Below, piece after piece: positions 19,302 through 28,664 of a DNA stretch of 58,543 bases (position 1 is the first letter of the stretch; each line of letters begins with the position of its first letter). Where the stretch lies: positions 1 to 58,543 of the forward strand of contig CANGDT010000005.1 in the NCBI GenBank assembly GCA_947452755.1. Direction: 5' to 3'. Both the position numbers and the translations under genes were made by a program. Source of the DNA: Actinomycetota bacterium. Its GTDB lineage: Bacteria; Actinomycetota; Actinomycetes; S36-B12; UBA5976. The notes beneath the pieces were generated by a model, which made no database searches, was not told the DNA's origin, and worked only from the letters and a program-made list of their open reading frames with translations.

Positions 19302-21014
19302 TTACTTAACTGACAGGGTTGCGTATGGGTATGAGCCATACGGACCCCAGGTGTAAGCACCTGAGACGTTCGATCCCTGCAAGCGCTGTTCCTTACCAAA
19401 ACGTGTTGGTAGGGCTAGTGCGGCCTGCATTGACTTCACGCTGAGTGCCTGCCAGGCCTTAGCCTGTTCACCGCGGTCGGTCATTGCCTTAGCGGCAGCA
19501 ACCTCAGCATTGAAAGCGGCATCGTCGTACTGTGACATGTTGAAGCCACCCGATGGGGTGAACAGTTCTGGAAGAACTGTTGAAGCATTCGACCAGTCTG
19601 GTGCCCAACCACCGGCTGACATTCCACCCTGCTTTGCAGGATCAAGAACGACGCCGTAGTAGCCACCTGGCTCCAATGGATTTGGCTTAACAGTGATGCC
19701 AGCCAAAGCAAGTGAAGCTACGAGTGACGAGATTGCCTTGTCATTGGTAGGTGTCTTTGCGTAATCGACAACCAATGGGTTCGGGAATGGTTCGCCTGAA
19801 TCAGCAATGAGCTTCTTAGCCAATTCTGGATTACCTGTTACAGGAACCTTGTCACCAAGAAGTGTGTCCCATAGTCCGGTTGGAGCATAGTCAACACCGA
19901 TGTTTGGCTTTACAACACCGTCTGCGAAGTCACCAGCGTAGATACCGCCAGCAATCTTGCGAAGTTCTTCACGGTTTGCAGCAGCAAGGATTGCTTGGCG
20001 ATGCTTAACGTTTGGAACCTTCTTGGTGTTGATTGCGTAGTAGCGAACGTATGGATCTAGGTCATTCAAGCGACGCTTTTCAAACTTTGGATCACTGAAC
20101 ACTGCAGCAAGCTGGGTAGGAACGATGCCATCTGGAGAGATTGCATTTGAATCGTTGCCTGCATCAGCCATGATGCGCTGGGTGATGACGTCTGCTGGAA
20201 GCGAGAAGTCGTACTCAATTGTGTCTGGGTATGCAGGACGCAATGAATCCGTTGCTGGATCCCACTGGTCGTTGCGTACAAGAACAAGCTTTGACTTCTT
20301 AACGTATGACTGGATCTTGTATGGTCCGTTAGACAATACGTGATCGTCATACTTCTCGCCTGTGTCTGCATCCTTACGCACTGGCGCAAATGCGCTCAGG
20401 GTAACGGTGTAGTTGAAGTCAGAAGATGGGCTGGCAAGGTGGAAGGTCAGCTTGCTGCCTTCACAAGTTACTGCTGCGTCGTAAAGTGCCTGTGCAGCAG
20501 CGTCAGCCTTGTATGGACCAGGGTAGCTTGACGAACCGTCAGCACCCTTTGGAATATCCAACATCGAGATTGCGTAGCTTGGACCGTCAGTAATGATGTC
20601 CGATGCAAACGTACGTGAAACACCGTACTTAACATCGTCACACGTTACTGGCTTGCCGTCTTCCCACTTCACGCCATCGCGAATCGTGAATGCCCAAGTC
20701 TTACCACCATCGCTGGCAGTGCCAGTGTCAGTTGCAAGGTCAGCAACGAGCTTCGAAGCGGTTGCGTTGTCCTTGCTGAGTGTGTACTGGGTGAGCGTGC
20801 GGTTGAGGTAGCCACTTGCAAATGCAAGGTCCTCACCGGTGTAGTTGCGCTGCGGATCCAAGTGCAGAATCTGCTCGCCTTGCGTCAAGATGTACAAGGT
20901 TCCACCCTTGGTACCTGTCGTGGATCCATCGCCACTTGAACTGCCACAGGCAGTCAAGAGCATGGCCACTGTCGCTGCACCAACGCCGAAGCGGATGCTT
21001 GTCGACTTTTTCAT
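19302..21014 (-). CDS. Family-5 peptide/nickel ABC substrate-binding lipoprotein (OppA/DppA-like)
   Basis: MKKSTSIRFGVGAATVAMLLTACGSSSG has the lipobox LLTAC. Start at ATG 21014 with a GGAGGA SD. Confidence 0.9.
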   Translation of the reverse strand: MKKSTSIRFGVGAATVAMLLTACGSSSGDGSTTGTKGGTLYILTQGEQILHLDPQRNYTGEDLAFASGYLNRTLTQYTLSKDNATASKLVADLATDTGTASDGGKTWAFTIRDGVKWEDGKPVTCDDVKYGVSRTFASDIITDGPSYAISMLDIPKGADGSSSYPGPYKADAAAQALYDAAVTCEGSKLTFHLASPSSDFNYTVTLSAFAPVRKDADTGEKYDDHVLSNGPYKIQSYVKKSKLVLVRNDQWDPATDSLRPAYPDTIEYDFSLPADVITQRIMADAGNDSNAISPDGIVPTQLAAVFSDPKFEKRRLNDLDPYVRYYAINTKKVPNVKHRQAILAAANREELRKIAGGIYAGDFADGVVKPNIGVDYAPTGLWDTLLGDKVPVTGNPELAKKLIADSGEPFPNPLVVDYAKTPTNDKAISSLVASLALAGITVKPNPLEPGGYYGVVLDPAKQGGMSAGGWAPDWSNASTVLPELFTPSGGFNMSQYDDAAFNAEVAAAKAMTDRGEQAKAWQALSVKSMQAALALPTRFGKEQRLQGSNVSGAYTWGPYGSYPYATLSVK

Positions 21015-21106
21015 GGCATGTCCTCCATAACGGCCCGAGGGTTCGAGCCTGTCGTTTTGTGATTCTTTCGAATCAATCTGCACACTCGGGATGAGTGCAC
21101 AGAAAT

Positions 21107-22111
21107 CTATTTGCGCCCTGCTTTCGGATCGAGCGCATCTTGCAATGAGTCACCCAACAAGTTGAATGACAAAACTGCGGCAACCAACATGGTCAGCGGC
21201 ACGCAGAAATAAAACGGATCTACCGTGAAGTATCCGACCGACTCTTCAAGCATGGAACCCCATGTTGCAGTTGGCGGCAGCACAGAAATACCTAAATACG
21301 CCAGTGTTGCTTCGGCGCCAATCAATCCCGGTACAGCGATTGTGGTGTACACCAAAATGGGTCCCCACAGGTTTGGAAGTAGCTCTTTGAACAAAATGCG
21401 TCGGTTGCTGGCACCAAGCGAGATTGCTGCCTCAACAAATTCACGCTCACGAAGCCCAAGAACTTGACCACGAATCAGTCGAGCAAGGTACGGCCAGCCA
21501 AAAACGCTCAGCACAATAATCAACGTGATAACCCGTGAGGTATTTCCATCGGGAACACCGGCCGCAACAACGCGCTGTTCAAGAACCGGTGACATTGCGA
21601 TGATCACCAAAAGAACTGGAAATGCAAGGGTCAGATCCATGAATCGGCCTAGAACCTTATCTACCCAGCCGCGTGAATTTCCAGCAACAATTCCCACTAC
21701 GACACCAGTGACAACAGTGATGAGAGCTGCCGAGCCTGCAATGAGTAGTGAAATACGCGATCCATAAAGCAGGCGAGCCAAAATATCGCGGCCAGTTCCG
21801 GGCTCAACACCGAGTGGGTGAGCCTTTGATACTCCGCCCCATTTACCGATTGGGAGCCCGCCATTGTCGCTAATGACTTCAGAATGGAACGTGTACGGGT
21901 CAACTTTCAGAAGTCCGCATAGGACAGGCGCAAAAACCGCCAAGAACACTATGACTAGCAGAATGGCCACGCTTACCTTGGCAACCCGATCTCGCCGCAA
22001 CCTCATCCAAGCAATCTGACGCAACGTTCGTCCAGTGATTTGTTCGCGAGTCGCTTCAGGCACAACCACGTCAAGGCTCGGAAGGCCTTCGTTTTCGGTT
22101 GCCACCGACAT
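21107..22111 (-). CDS. Peptide ABC transporter permease (OppC/DppC-like)
   Basis: OppC-type N-terminal region (RRDRVAKVSVAILLV) and a permease core. Start placed at ATG 22111 with a GTAGGAG SD. The start is uncertain; the ORF is open to 22210. Confidence 0.85.
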   Translation of the reverse strand: MSVATENEGLPSLDVVVPEATREQITGRTLRQIAWMRLRRDRVAKVSVAILLVIVFLAVFAPVLCGLLKVDPYTFHSEVISDNGGLPIGKWGGVSKAHPLGVEPGTGRDILARLLYGSRISLLIAGSAALITVVTGVVVGIVAGNSRGWVDKVLGRFMDLTLAFPVLLVIIAMSPVLEQRVVAAGVPDGNTSRVITLIIVLSVFGWPYLARLIRGQVLGLREREFVEAAISLGASNRRILFKELLPNLWGPILVYTTIAVPGLIGAEATLAYLGISVLPPTATWGSMLEESVGYFTVDPFYFCVPLTMLVAAVLSFNLLGDSLQDALDPKAGRK

Positions 22112-22246
22112 TTGTGCGACTCCTACGGATTGTGTGGTCTTGTGCGAGTCTAGAACAATCGCTGTCACCTCATCAGGTGGGCAAGGAAAAAATAACCCCT
22201 TTAAGGTCACAAAATTGCAACCAAAACGGCTTTTTAGGGCAATTTT

Positions 22247-24016
22247 CTAGTTATTGACCCGTAACCCAATGTTGACCAGGTCATACTGCCCGCCAAGCGC
22301 CAATTCAACATAGACATTGGCCAACCGACTATTCCGATACAACGTCACAACATCGCTTGCATACGGTAAGTAAACCGCCTTGGCCATCACTGAGTCTTCA
22401 ATGCTCTTGTTGGCGCCTGCCCAGACCGATTCGTCCTGAGTTGCATTCAAGATATCAATCTGTCCATTGATATATGAATCATTGATCAACGAATAATTCT
22501 GGTTTGTTGCAACGCGAATATTTCGGCCGTCTGCAATCGGTGACCAGAAAGACATCGGCGAGGCATACGTTGGTCCCCAACCTGCAGCAATTAAGCCAAT
22601 GCCCTGAGCTTGAACATTGTCCGGGCGGCCAACATCAGATGAGTAATACATTCCAATGTTTGTCGATTCCACTGGATCAACGACGATTCCTACGTTGGCC
22701 AAACTCTTTTGAACCGATGTGTACAGGGCTTTACCTTGACCCAGTGCAGGGTAAGCAAATTTGATTTCAAAGCCGTCAGGGTAACCACATTCATCTAATT
22801 TGTCGTGGGCAGCAGAAATGTTTCCGTCACTATTTGCACCACTCGAATATTTGTCATTGCTCGCATCGAAACCGAGGACAGTTTGCGGCGTCATTGACGT
22901 TGCAATGCTAGAAGTACCTTCACCGCCACGGATAGTTTGTAACTCACGCTTGTTTAAGGCAAAAAATATTGCTTCGCGACATGCCCGCCGATCAAGTGGC
23001 GCTGTTGTGGGCACAATCGCTAAGTAACTTGTGAATCCAACTGGTGAAATATCTAAATGATCTTTGACATCTTTTTTCGACAGTGAATCAATGCGTGCCT
23101 GCCCACCAAGACCATCGTTCAATTTCAAATCAATTTTGCCAGAGAGGACTGCCTGATCGACATCAGTTTCATTGGCAAAAATATCCCACACGATTGAATC
23201 AACCTGAGGGAACCGCACAATGTCTGTGCTTTGATCCCATTCAGCATTTCGAACAAACGTGATTTGATTATCGCCTGTGAAAGTGACCTTGAAAGGGCCG
23301 TTAGACGCAGGGTTCGTTGCGTAAGCGCGGTCACGACCAAGTGTTGCTTTTTCGCGCGCGCGTTCAATGGGTGCGAACTGCATAGATGCAAGAACACTAG
23401 AGAAACCTGAAAATGATCGGGCAAGCCGGAACGTTACCACTCGACTAGACGGAGTGATAATCGTTTTGAGGTGCGGCTGCTTGCCCGTCGGACCTTTGTA
23501 ATTTGGGAAGCCGGTATTACAAGCACTCAAAAGGCACAGTAGGTCGGGTGACACCGTGATGCCAAGTTTCGGATCATAAAGACGTTCGATTGAGTAACGA
23601 ACATCATCAGAAGTAACCGGCGAACCATCATCCCAACGTGCATTGGATTTAATCGTGAACGTCCAGGTTCGGTAATCAGCACTGACCGTCGGGTCAGCAA
23701 CTGCGAGATCGGGAACAACCTCGAGGCCCGCCGTGCCTGGGGCACCAACAAACGCCATCAAATTGCGCATATAAAGGCGTTGAACCGATGAGCACCAGCT
23801 TGAAAACGTTCGAGCAGGATCAAGTGAGTCACACGGAAGCGACGATCCAACTTTTAGCGTTCCACCGGCAGGACCCAGTACACCTACACGATTATTGAGT
23901 GCGACATTGAATCCAGTATCTCGATTTCGCATAACTGACGAGCCAGCTACGCTGGCGCCAATCAATAGCGCTACGACAGCAACAACGCCCCATCGTGCGT
24001 ACCGAGATCGAGCCAT
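22247..24016 (-). CDS. Second family-5 ABC substrate-binding protein (possible LpqW-position homologue), no lipobox
   Basis: 589-aa family-5 SBP fold. Signal/anchor MARSRYARWGVVAVVALLIGASVAG has no Cys. It sits 9 nt downstream of typA, the position occupied by lpqW in mycobacteria and corynebacteria. Confidence 0.75.
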   Translation of the reverse strand: MARSRYARWGVVAVVALLIGASVAGSSVMRNRDTGFNVALNNRVGVLGPAGGTLKVGSSLPCDSLDPARTFSSWCSSVQRLYMRNLMAFVGAPGTAGLEVVPDLAVADPTVSADYRTWTFTIKSNARWDDGSPVTSDDVRYSIERLYDPKLGITVSPDLLCLLSACNTGFPNYKGPTGKQPHLKTIITPSSRVVTFRLARSFSGFSSVLASMQFAPIERAREKATLGRDRAYATNPASNGPFKVTFTGDNQITFVRNAEWDQSTDIVRFPQVDSIVWDIFANETDVDQAVLSGKIDLKLNDGLGGQARIDSLSKKDVKDHLDISPVGFTSYLAIVPTTAPLDRRACREAIFFALNKRELQTIRGGEGTSSIATSMTPQTVLGFDASNDKYSSGANSDGNISAAHDKLDECGYPDGFEIKFAYPALGQGKALYTSVQKSLANVGIVVDPVESTNIGMYYSSDVGRPDNVQAQGIGLIAAGWGPTYASPMSFWSPIADGRNIRVATNQNYSLINDSYINGQIDILNATQDESVWAGANKSIEDSVMAKAVYLPYASDVVTLYRNSRLANVYVELALGGQYDLVNIGLRVNN

Positions 24017-24025
24017 AACAACAGC

Positions 24026-25894
24026 CTAGTTATTGCGAGCGCGCGAGCGCACTCTGTCACGATCTACCTTTGCCAAATGAACTTTGCGCATGCGAATTGC
24101 AGTTGGAGTCACTTCAACACATTCATCTTCACGGCAGAATTCCAAAGCCTGTTCAAGATTCACAGTCTTAGCAGGAATCAAGCGCTCCAGTTCATCACCA
24201 GTTGCCGAACGAACGTTTGTGAGTTTCTTTTCGCGAACAATGTTGACGTCCATGTCTTCTGAACGTGCATTTTCGCCAACAATCATTCCTTCATAAACTT
24301 CGGTCGTTGGCGCGACGAACAACGTGCCACGTTCCTGCAAGCTGAATGATGCATACGAAGTAACTGCGCCGCGGCGATCGGAAATCAACGAACCATTTGG
24401 ACGCGTACGCAATTCGCCAAACCATGGTTCATACTTTTCAAACACGTGGTGCAACAAGCCGGTACCGCGAGTTTCAGTGAGGAACTCGGTACGGAAACCA
24501 ATAAGTCCGCGGGCCGGAACCAAGTACTCCATGCGAACCCAACCAGTTCCATGGTTGACCATCTGTTCCATGCGTCCCTTACGAAGACCAAGAAGCTGGG
24601 TTACTACACCGACGTAATCTTCTGGAACATCAATCGTGAGGCGTTCGACCGGCTCATGAATTTTTCCATTAATTTCGCGAGTAACCACCTGAGGCTTACC
24701 AACAGTCATTTCATACTTTTCACGACGCATCAATTCAACAAGCACAGCAAGTTGAAGTTCGCCACGTCCCTGAACTTCCCAGGTATCAGGACGTTCAGTT
24801 TCCAAGACGCGAATCGACACGTTACCGACAAGTTCAGCCTCAAGGCGAGTCTTCAGCAAACGGGCTGTGACCTTGCTACCCGTTTCACCTGCAAGTGGCG
24901 AAGAGTTAATACCAATAGTCATCGAAATCGATGGTTCGTCAACAGTGATGATCGGAAGGGCAACTGGGTTATCCGGGTCAGCCAATGTTTCACCGATAGT
25001 GATGTCTTCAAAACCTGCAACAGCGATGATGTCACCAGGTCCGGCAGAAGCAACTGATACACGATCCAGTGCCTGTGTCATCAAGAGTTCAACAACTTTG
25101 GCCTTCTGCATCGAGCCATCAATCTTGCACCAGGTCACCATCTGACCCTTTTTGATTTCACCATTACGAACGCGGCACAGCGCCAAACGACCGAGGTACG
25201 GCGATGCGTCAAGGTTGGTGACGTGCGCCTGCAGAGGAGCTTCCGGATCGAAAGTCGGCGCAGGAACGGTATTGATCAAGGTTGTAAACAATGCTTCAAG
25301 ATCGGCCTCTTCAGGCATGCCGCCATCCGCTGGACGAGTCATCGATGCACGCCCGGCTTTTGCCGACGCGTACACGATTGGGAATTCAATCTGCTGTTCG
25401 TCAGCATCTAGATCGAAGAACAATTCGTACGTTTCATCGACAACTTCAGCGATACGTGAATCGGGACGGTCAACCTTATTAATAACGAGAACTACAGGAA
25501 GACGCTTCTGGAGAGCCTTGCGCAAAACGAAACGAGTCTGTGGGAGCGGGCCTTCAGATGCGTCGACCAACAGGATTACGCCATCGACCATTTCCAAACC
25601 ACGTTCAACTTCGCCACCGAAGTCAGCGTGACCTGGAGTATCAATGATGTTCAGCGTGACGCCATCGGGCATTGCTGGGCCGACATAGCGGACCGCGGTG
25701 TTCTTGGCCAAAATCGTGATGCCCTTTTCGCGCTCGAGGTCCATCGAGTCCATAACGCGTTCGTTGACATCCTGATGGGCGCTGAAAGCACCCGATTGGT
25801 GCAACATTGCGTCGACGAGAGTGGTTTTGCCGTGGTCAACGTGGGCGATGATAGCGACGTTACGGAGGTCTGAGCGTACTGAAAGTTGGGTCAC
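24026..25894 (-). CDS. typA: Translational GTPase TypA/BipA
   Basis: AHVDHGKTT, DTPGH and NKVD motifs with EF-G-like domains. Start trimmed to GTG 25894 (VTQLSVRSDLRNVAIIAHVDHGKTT) with a TAGGAC SD-like sequence. Confidence 0.92.
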   Translation of the reverse strand: MTQLSVRSDLRNVAIIAHVDHGKTTLVDAMLHQSGAFSAHQDVNERVMDSMDLEREKGITILAKNTAVRYVGPAMPDGVTLNIIDTPGHADFGGEVERGLEMVDGVILLVDASEGPLPQTRFVLRKALQKRLPVVLVINKVDRPDSRIAEVVDETYELFFDLDADEQQIEFPIVYASAKAGRASMTRPADGGMPEEADLEALFTTLINTVPAPTFDPEAPLQAHVTNLDASPYLGRLALCRVRNGEIKKGQMVTWCKIDGSMQKAKVVELLMTQALDRVSVASAGPGDIIAVAGFEDITIGETLADPDNPVALPIITVDEPSISMTIGINSSPLAGETGSKVTARLLKTRLEAELVGNVSIRVLETERPDTWEVQGRGELQLAVLVELMRREKYEMTVGKPQVVTREINGKIHEPVERLTIDVPEDYVGVVTQLLGLRKGRMEQMVNHGTGWVRMEYLVPARGLIGFRTEFLTETRGTGLLHHVFEKYEPWFGELRTRPNGSLISDRRGAVTSYASFSLQERGTLFVAPTTEVYEGMIVGENARSEDMDVNIVREKKLTNVRSATGDELERLIPAKTVNLEQALEFCREDECVEVTPTAIRMRKVHLAKVDRDRVRSRARNN

Positions 25895-25986
25895 TGTCCT
25901 AAGTTTAGATGGATTTTCGCAAGCCTGATGACCACGTACCGCAGACACGGCAAGAACATAGAGAGTTACTGACGTAGCATCAAGGA

Positions 25987-26916
25987 ATGCGCACACTTCG
26001 GCTTGGATCTGCATTTGCACTTTTGGCGCTTTTCGTTGCCGGTGCAGGAATCTCACCATCGCAGGCCAGCTCGGCAGACGTCACAATTGTGGCCGTTGGA
26101 GATGTCGCTAAATACGTCAATGGACCGCAAACCAAGACCGCCGCATTAACAGCTGCGCTCAAGCCTTCTCAAGTACTACTTCTGGGTGACTTGGCATATC
26201 TCTACGGCCAGCCCGCTGACTTTACGACAAAATTCAACCCAAGCTGGGGAACGCTTGTCGCCAGCAAGATTCACACAATCGCTGTGCCTGGAAACCACGA
26301 ATACTCAAAATCGGCAACGGCTGACGGATACCGACTGACTGCCAAGAAATATCATTTCCCGTTAACGGTGCGCCAAGGAGAACTACCTGATCTGTGGTCA
26401 TCCACCCGCATAGGTACGTGGACAGTCATCGGTCTTGATAGCGAAGGTTTGTCCAGCTCATCACACCAACTCAACGCAAAAGGAACTCGAGAAATAAATT
26501 TTCTCAAGGCACAACTCGCAGCAAATAACGGCAGACCCACAATCGTCATGTGGCATCGTCCACGTTTCAGCACCGGTCCCCATGGGAACCAAACAGATAT
26601 CGGTGTCACCTCGCTATGGACCGTCGCATCAGCCGACATCGACGTAAAAGTTGCGCTCTTTGGTCACGACCACATTTTTGAACCAGTGAAACGAAACGTA
26701 GCAGCGACAGCGAACGTTCCCGCACACAAAGTGTTAACTATGACAATCGGAACAGGCGGTGCTGACCTCTATAAATGTTCAGGACCAACCTGCATAAAAA
26801 ATTCATACGGCGTTGCAAAACTTACTTTGCATGCAACATCGTTGGACTGGAAATTCATTGCAGTGTCAAAAACTGCTGCGACCGGAAAAATCCTTGCAGC
26901 CGGAACAGTGAACTAA
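25987..26916 (+). CDS. Secreted calcineurin-like metallophosphoesterase
   Basis: Signal peptide MRTLRLGSAFALLALFVAGAGISPSQA, followed by GD...GDLAY...GNHEY...GHDH phosphoesterase motifs. Confidence 0.75.
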   Translation: MRTLRLGSAFALLALFVAGAGISPSQASSADVTIVAVGDVAKYVNGPQTKTAALTAALKPSQVLLLGDLAYLYGQPADFTTKFNPSWGTLVASKIHTIAVPGNHEYSKSATADGYRLTAKKYHFPLTVRQGELPDLWSSTRIGTWTVIGLDSEGLSSSSHQLNAKGTREINFLKAQLAANNGRPTIVMWHRPRFSTGPHGNQTDIGVTSLWTVASADIDVKVALFGHDHIFEPVKRNVAATANVPAHKVLTMTIGTGGADLYKCSGPTCIKNSYGVAKLTLHATSLDWKFIAVSKTAATGKILAAGTVN

Positions 26917-26924
26917 TCACAAAA

Positions 26925-27398
26925 CTAAGAAAGAAACGCCGCTAGCGAGTCAAAGTAACTTTCCATACCAGCTTGCGCCTGTGGGGCGTGATCTTCAGGA
27001 AGCTCACCAAACTGAGAAAACTTCACCCACGTTTTCTCGCCGCGACTTTCAAAATCAACCACAACCAAATGATGCGGTGCATCATCAGAACGTGCCACAA
27101 ATTCTTCAGCACTTTCGGTGTAGCACATAGTGTGCTCAAGCTTGATGTGGTCAACAACCACGGTATAGCGGCCAAAGAAATAAGCCGCAAAATTATGTGC
27201 AGGAACATCAACAGCGACAGCCCACACGCCACCTACCGTCGCATCAGACTGAGCAGAATCTACAACATTGGCCAAATCAGTTGGGTGATACCACTCCTGC
27301 AAAGCATCCGCATCAACCCACGCATTCCACACACGATCAACCGATGCAAGGAACTCACGCTCAACTGAATACAAAAAATCTAACTTCATCGTCATCAC
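26925..27398 (-). CDS. SRPBCC/Aha1-domain protein
   Basis: Aha1/BPI-like pattern (REFLASVDRVWNAWVDADALQEWYHP). The true start may be ATG 27389 (MKLDF...), which has an AGGGTGA SD. Confidence 0.65.
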   Translation of the reverse strand: MMTMKLDFLYSVEREFLASVDRVWNAWVDADALQEWYHPTDLANVVDSAQSDATVGGVWAVAVDVPAHNFAAYFFGRYTVVVDHIKLEHTMCYTESAEEFVARSDDAPHHLVVVDFESRGEKTWVKFSQFGELPEDHAPQAQAGMESYFDSLAAFLS

Positions 27399-27433
27399 CC
27401 TAAATTTATTCGCAGAAAATTCTTCACAAAAAT

Positions 27434-27567
27434 CAACTAAACGTTGAATCTGAATTCCCGGACAGTGCTTACTTGGTTGAATTCAATTCAACTAAACGTT
27501 GAATCTGAATTCCCGGACAGTGCTTACTTGGTTGAATTCAATTCAACTAAACGTTGAATCTGAATTC
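27434..27567 (-). repeat. 55-bp tandem repeat, 2 perfect copies plus a 24-nt partial copy that is the real 3' end of ychF
   Basis: 27434-27488 and 27489-27543 are identical at 55/55 positions. 27544-27567 repeats the first 24 nt. On the coding strand the unit starts GAATTCAGATTCAACGTTTAG (EFRFNV plus stop). Confidence 0.97.
27534..27567 (-). terminator. Stop-codon-spanning hairpin at the ychF 3' end (7+7 bp stem, 1-nt bulge, loop GTTTA); repeated at 27479-27512
   Basis: Coding strand: GAATTCA-G-ATTCAAC GTTTA GTTGAAT-TGAATTC. A distal degenerate copy (27433-27447, TCAAC/GTTGA) is followed by a T5 run (27428-32 on the plus strand). A role as terminator or 3' stabiliser is inferred, not shown. 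Confidence 0.45.
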
Positions 27568-28620
27568 AACTACATCCCCGTCATGCATCACATATTCCTT
27601 ACCCTCAATACGAGCCTTGCCCTTTGCTTTGGCTTCCGCAACAGACCCACACTCAACAAGATCCGCAAAACCAATAACTTCAGCTTTAATGAAGCCCTTC
27701 TGGAAATCTGTGTGAATAACACCTGCAGCCTCCGGTGCCGTTGCACCCTTCGCAATCGTCCAAGCGCGTGATTCCTTAGGACCAGCCGTCAAGTACGTCT
27801 GCAAACCCAACGTGTCGAAGCCAACGCGAGTCAAAACAGAAATGCCACTCTCCTGCTGACCAACTGACTGCAACAACTCAAGTGCTTCGGAATCGTCTAG
27901 TTCACTCAACTCCGCTTCAAGTTTTGCATTCATAAATACAGCCTCAGCTGGCGCAACTAACGCACTGAGCTCTGCCTTCAAAGAATCATTCACCATTTCA
28001 TCTTCATCAAGGTTGAAAACATAAATGAAAGGTTTGGCAGTCAACAAGAACAGCTCGCGAATTTCAGCAGGATCCATTCCAGATGCGAAAACAGTCTTAC
28101 CCGCATTCAGATGAGCCTGCGCTTCTTCAGCGACCTTCAAAATTTCGGAACGCGACTTATCTTTCTGTGCTTCCTTTTGAAGGCGGGGAATGGCTTTCTC
28201 TAAGGTCTGCATATCGGCCAAGATCAATTCAGTGTTGATTGTTTCAATGTCATCAGATGGTGAGACCTTGCCATCTACGTGCACAACGTCAGGATCACTA
28301 AATGCGCGAATGACCTGGCAGATTGCGTCTGATTCGCGAATGTTGGCAAGGAATTTATTTCCCAAACCTTCACCTTCGCTGGCGCCGCGAACAATTCCGG
28401 CAATATCCACAAAGGTGACCGTTGCTGGCAAAATGCGCTCGGACCCAAAGATCCCGGCCAGCACTTCAAGGCGTGCATCAGGAACAGCAACTACACCCGT
28501 GTTGGGTTCAATCGTTGCGAACGGGTAATTCGCTGCTAGGACGTTATTTTTCGTCAATGCGTTAAACATCGTTGACTTACCGACGTTGGGTAATCCGACA
28601 ATTCCAATAGTTAGGGCCAC
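27547..28620 (-). CDS. ychF: Ribosome-binding ATPase YchF (Obg-family)
   Basis: GLPNVGKST P-loop, 357 aa, TGS-like C-terminus ...HDGDVVEFRFNV. GTG start. Confidence 0.95.
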   Translation of the reverse strand: MALTIGIVGLPNVGKSTMFNALTKNNVLAANYPFATIEPNTGVVAVPDARLEVLAGIFGSERILPATVTFVDIAGIVRGASEGEGLGNKFLANIRESDAICQVIRAFSDPDVVHVDGKVSPSDDIETINTELILADMQTLEKAIPRLQKEAQKDKSRSEILKVAEEAQAHLNAGKTVFASGMDPAEIRELFLLTAKPFIYVFNLDEDEMVNDSLKAELSALVAPAEAVFMNAKLEAELSELDDSEALELLQSVGQQESGISVLTRVGFDTLGLQTYLTAGPKESRAWTIAKGATAPEAAGVIHTDFQKGFIKAEVIGFADLVECGSVAEAKAKGKARIEGKEYVMHDGDVVEFRFNV

Positions 28621-28664
28621 GGCACATAAGCGTAACGGCTCTGCGGCATCTCCAAGACAGCACC

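Noticed and set aside
27421-27570. Possibility that the 55-bp repeat (and the 34-bp repeat at 4253-4372) is a small CRISPR array
   Set aside because: The units are head-to-tail with no unique spacers and there are only 2.4-3.5 copies. The repeat includes the 3' end of a protein-coding gene, and no cas genes are present in the window.
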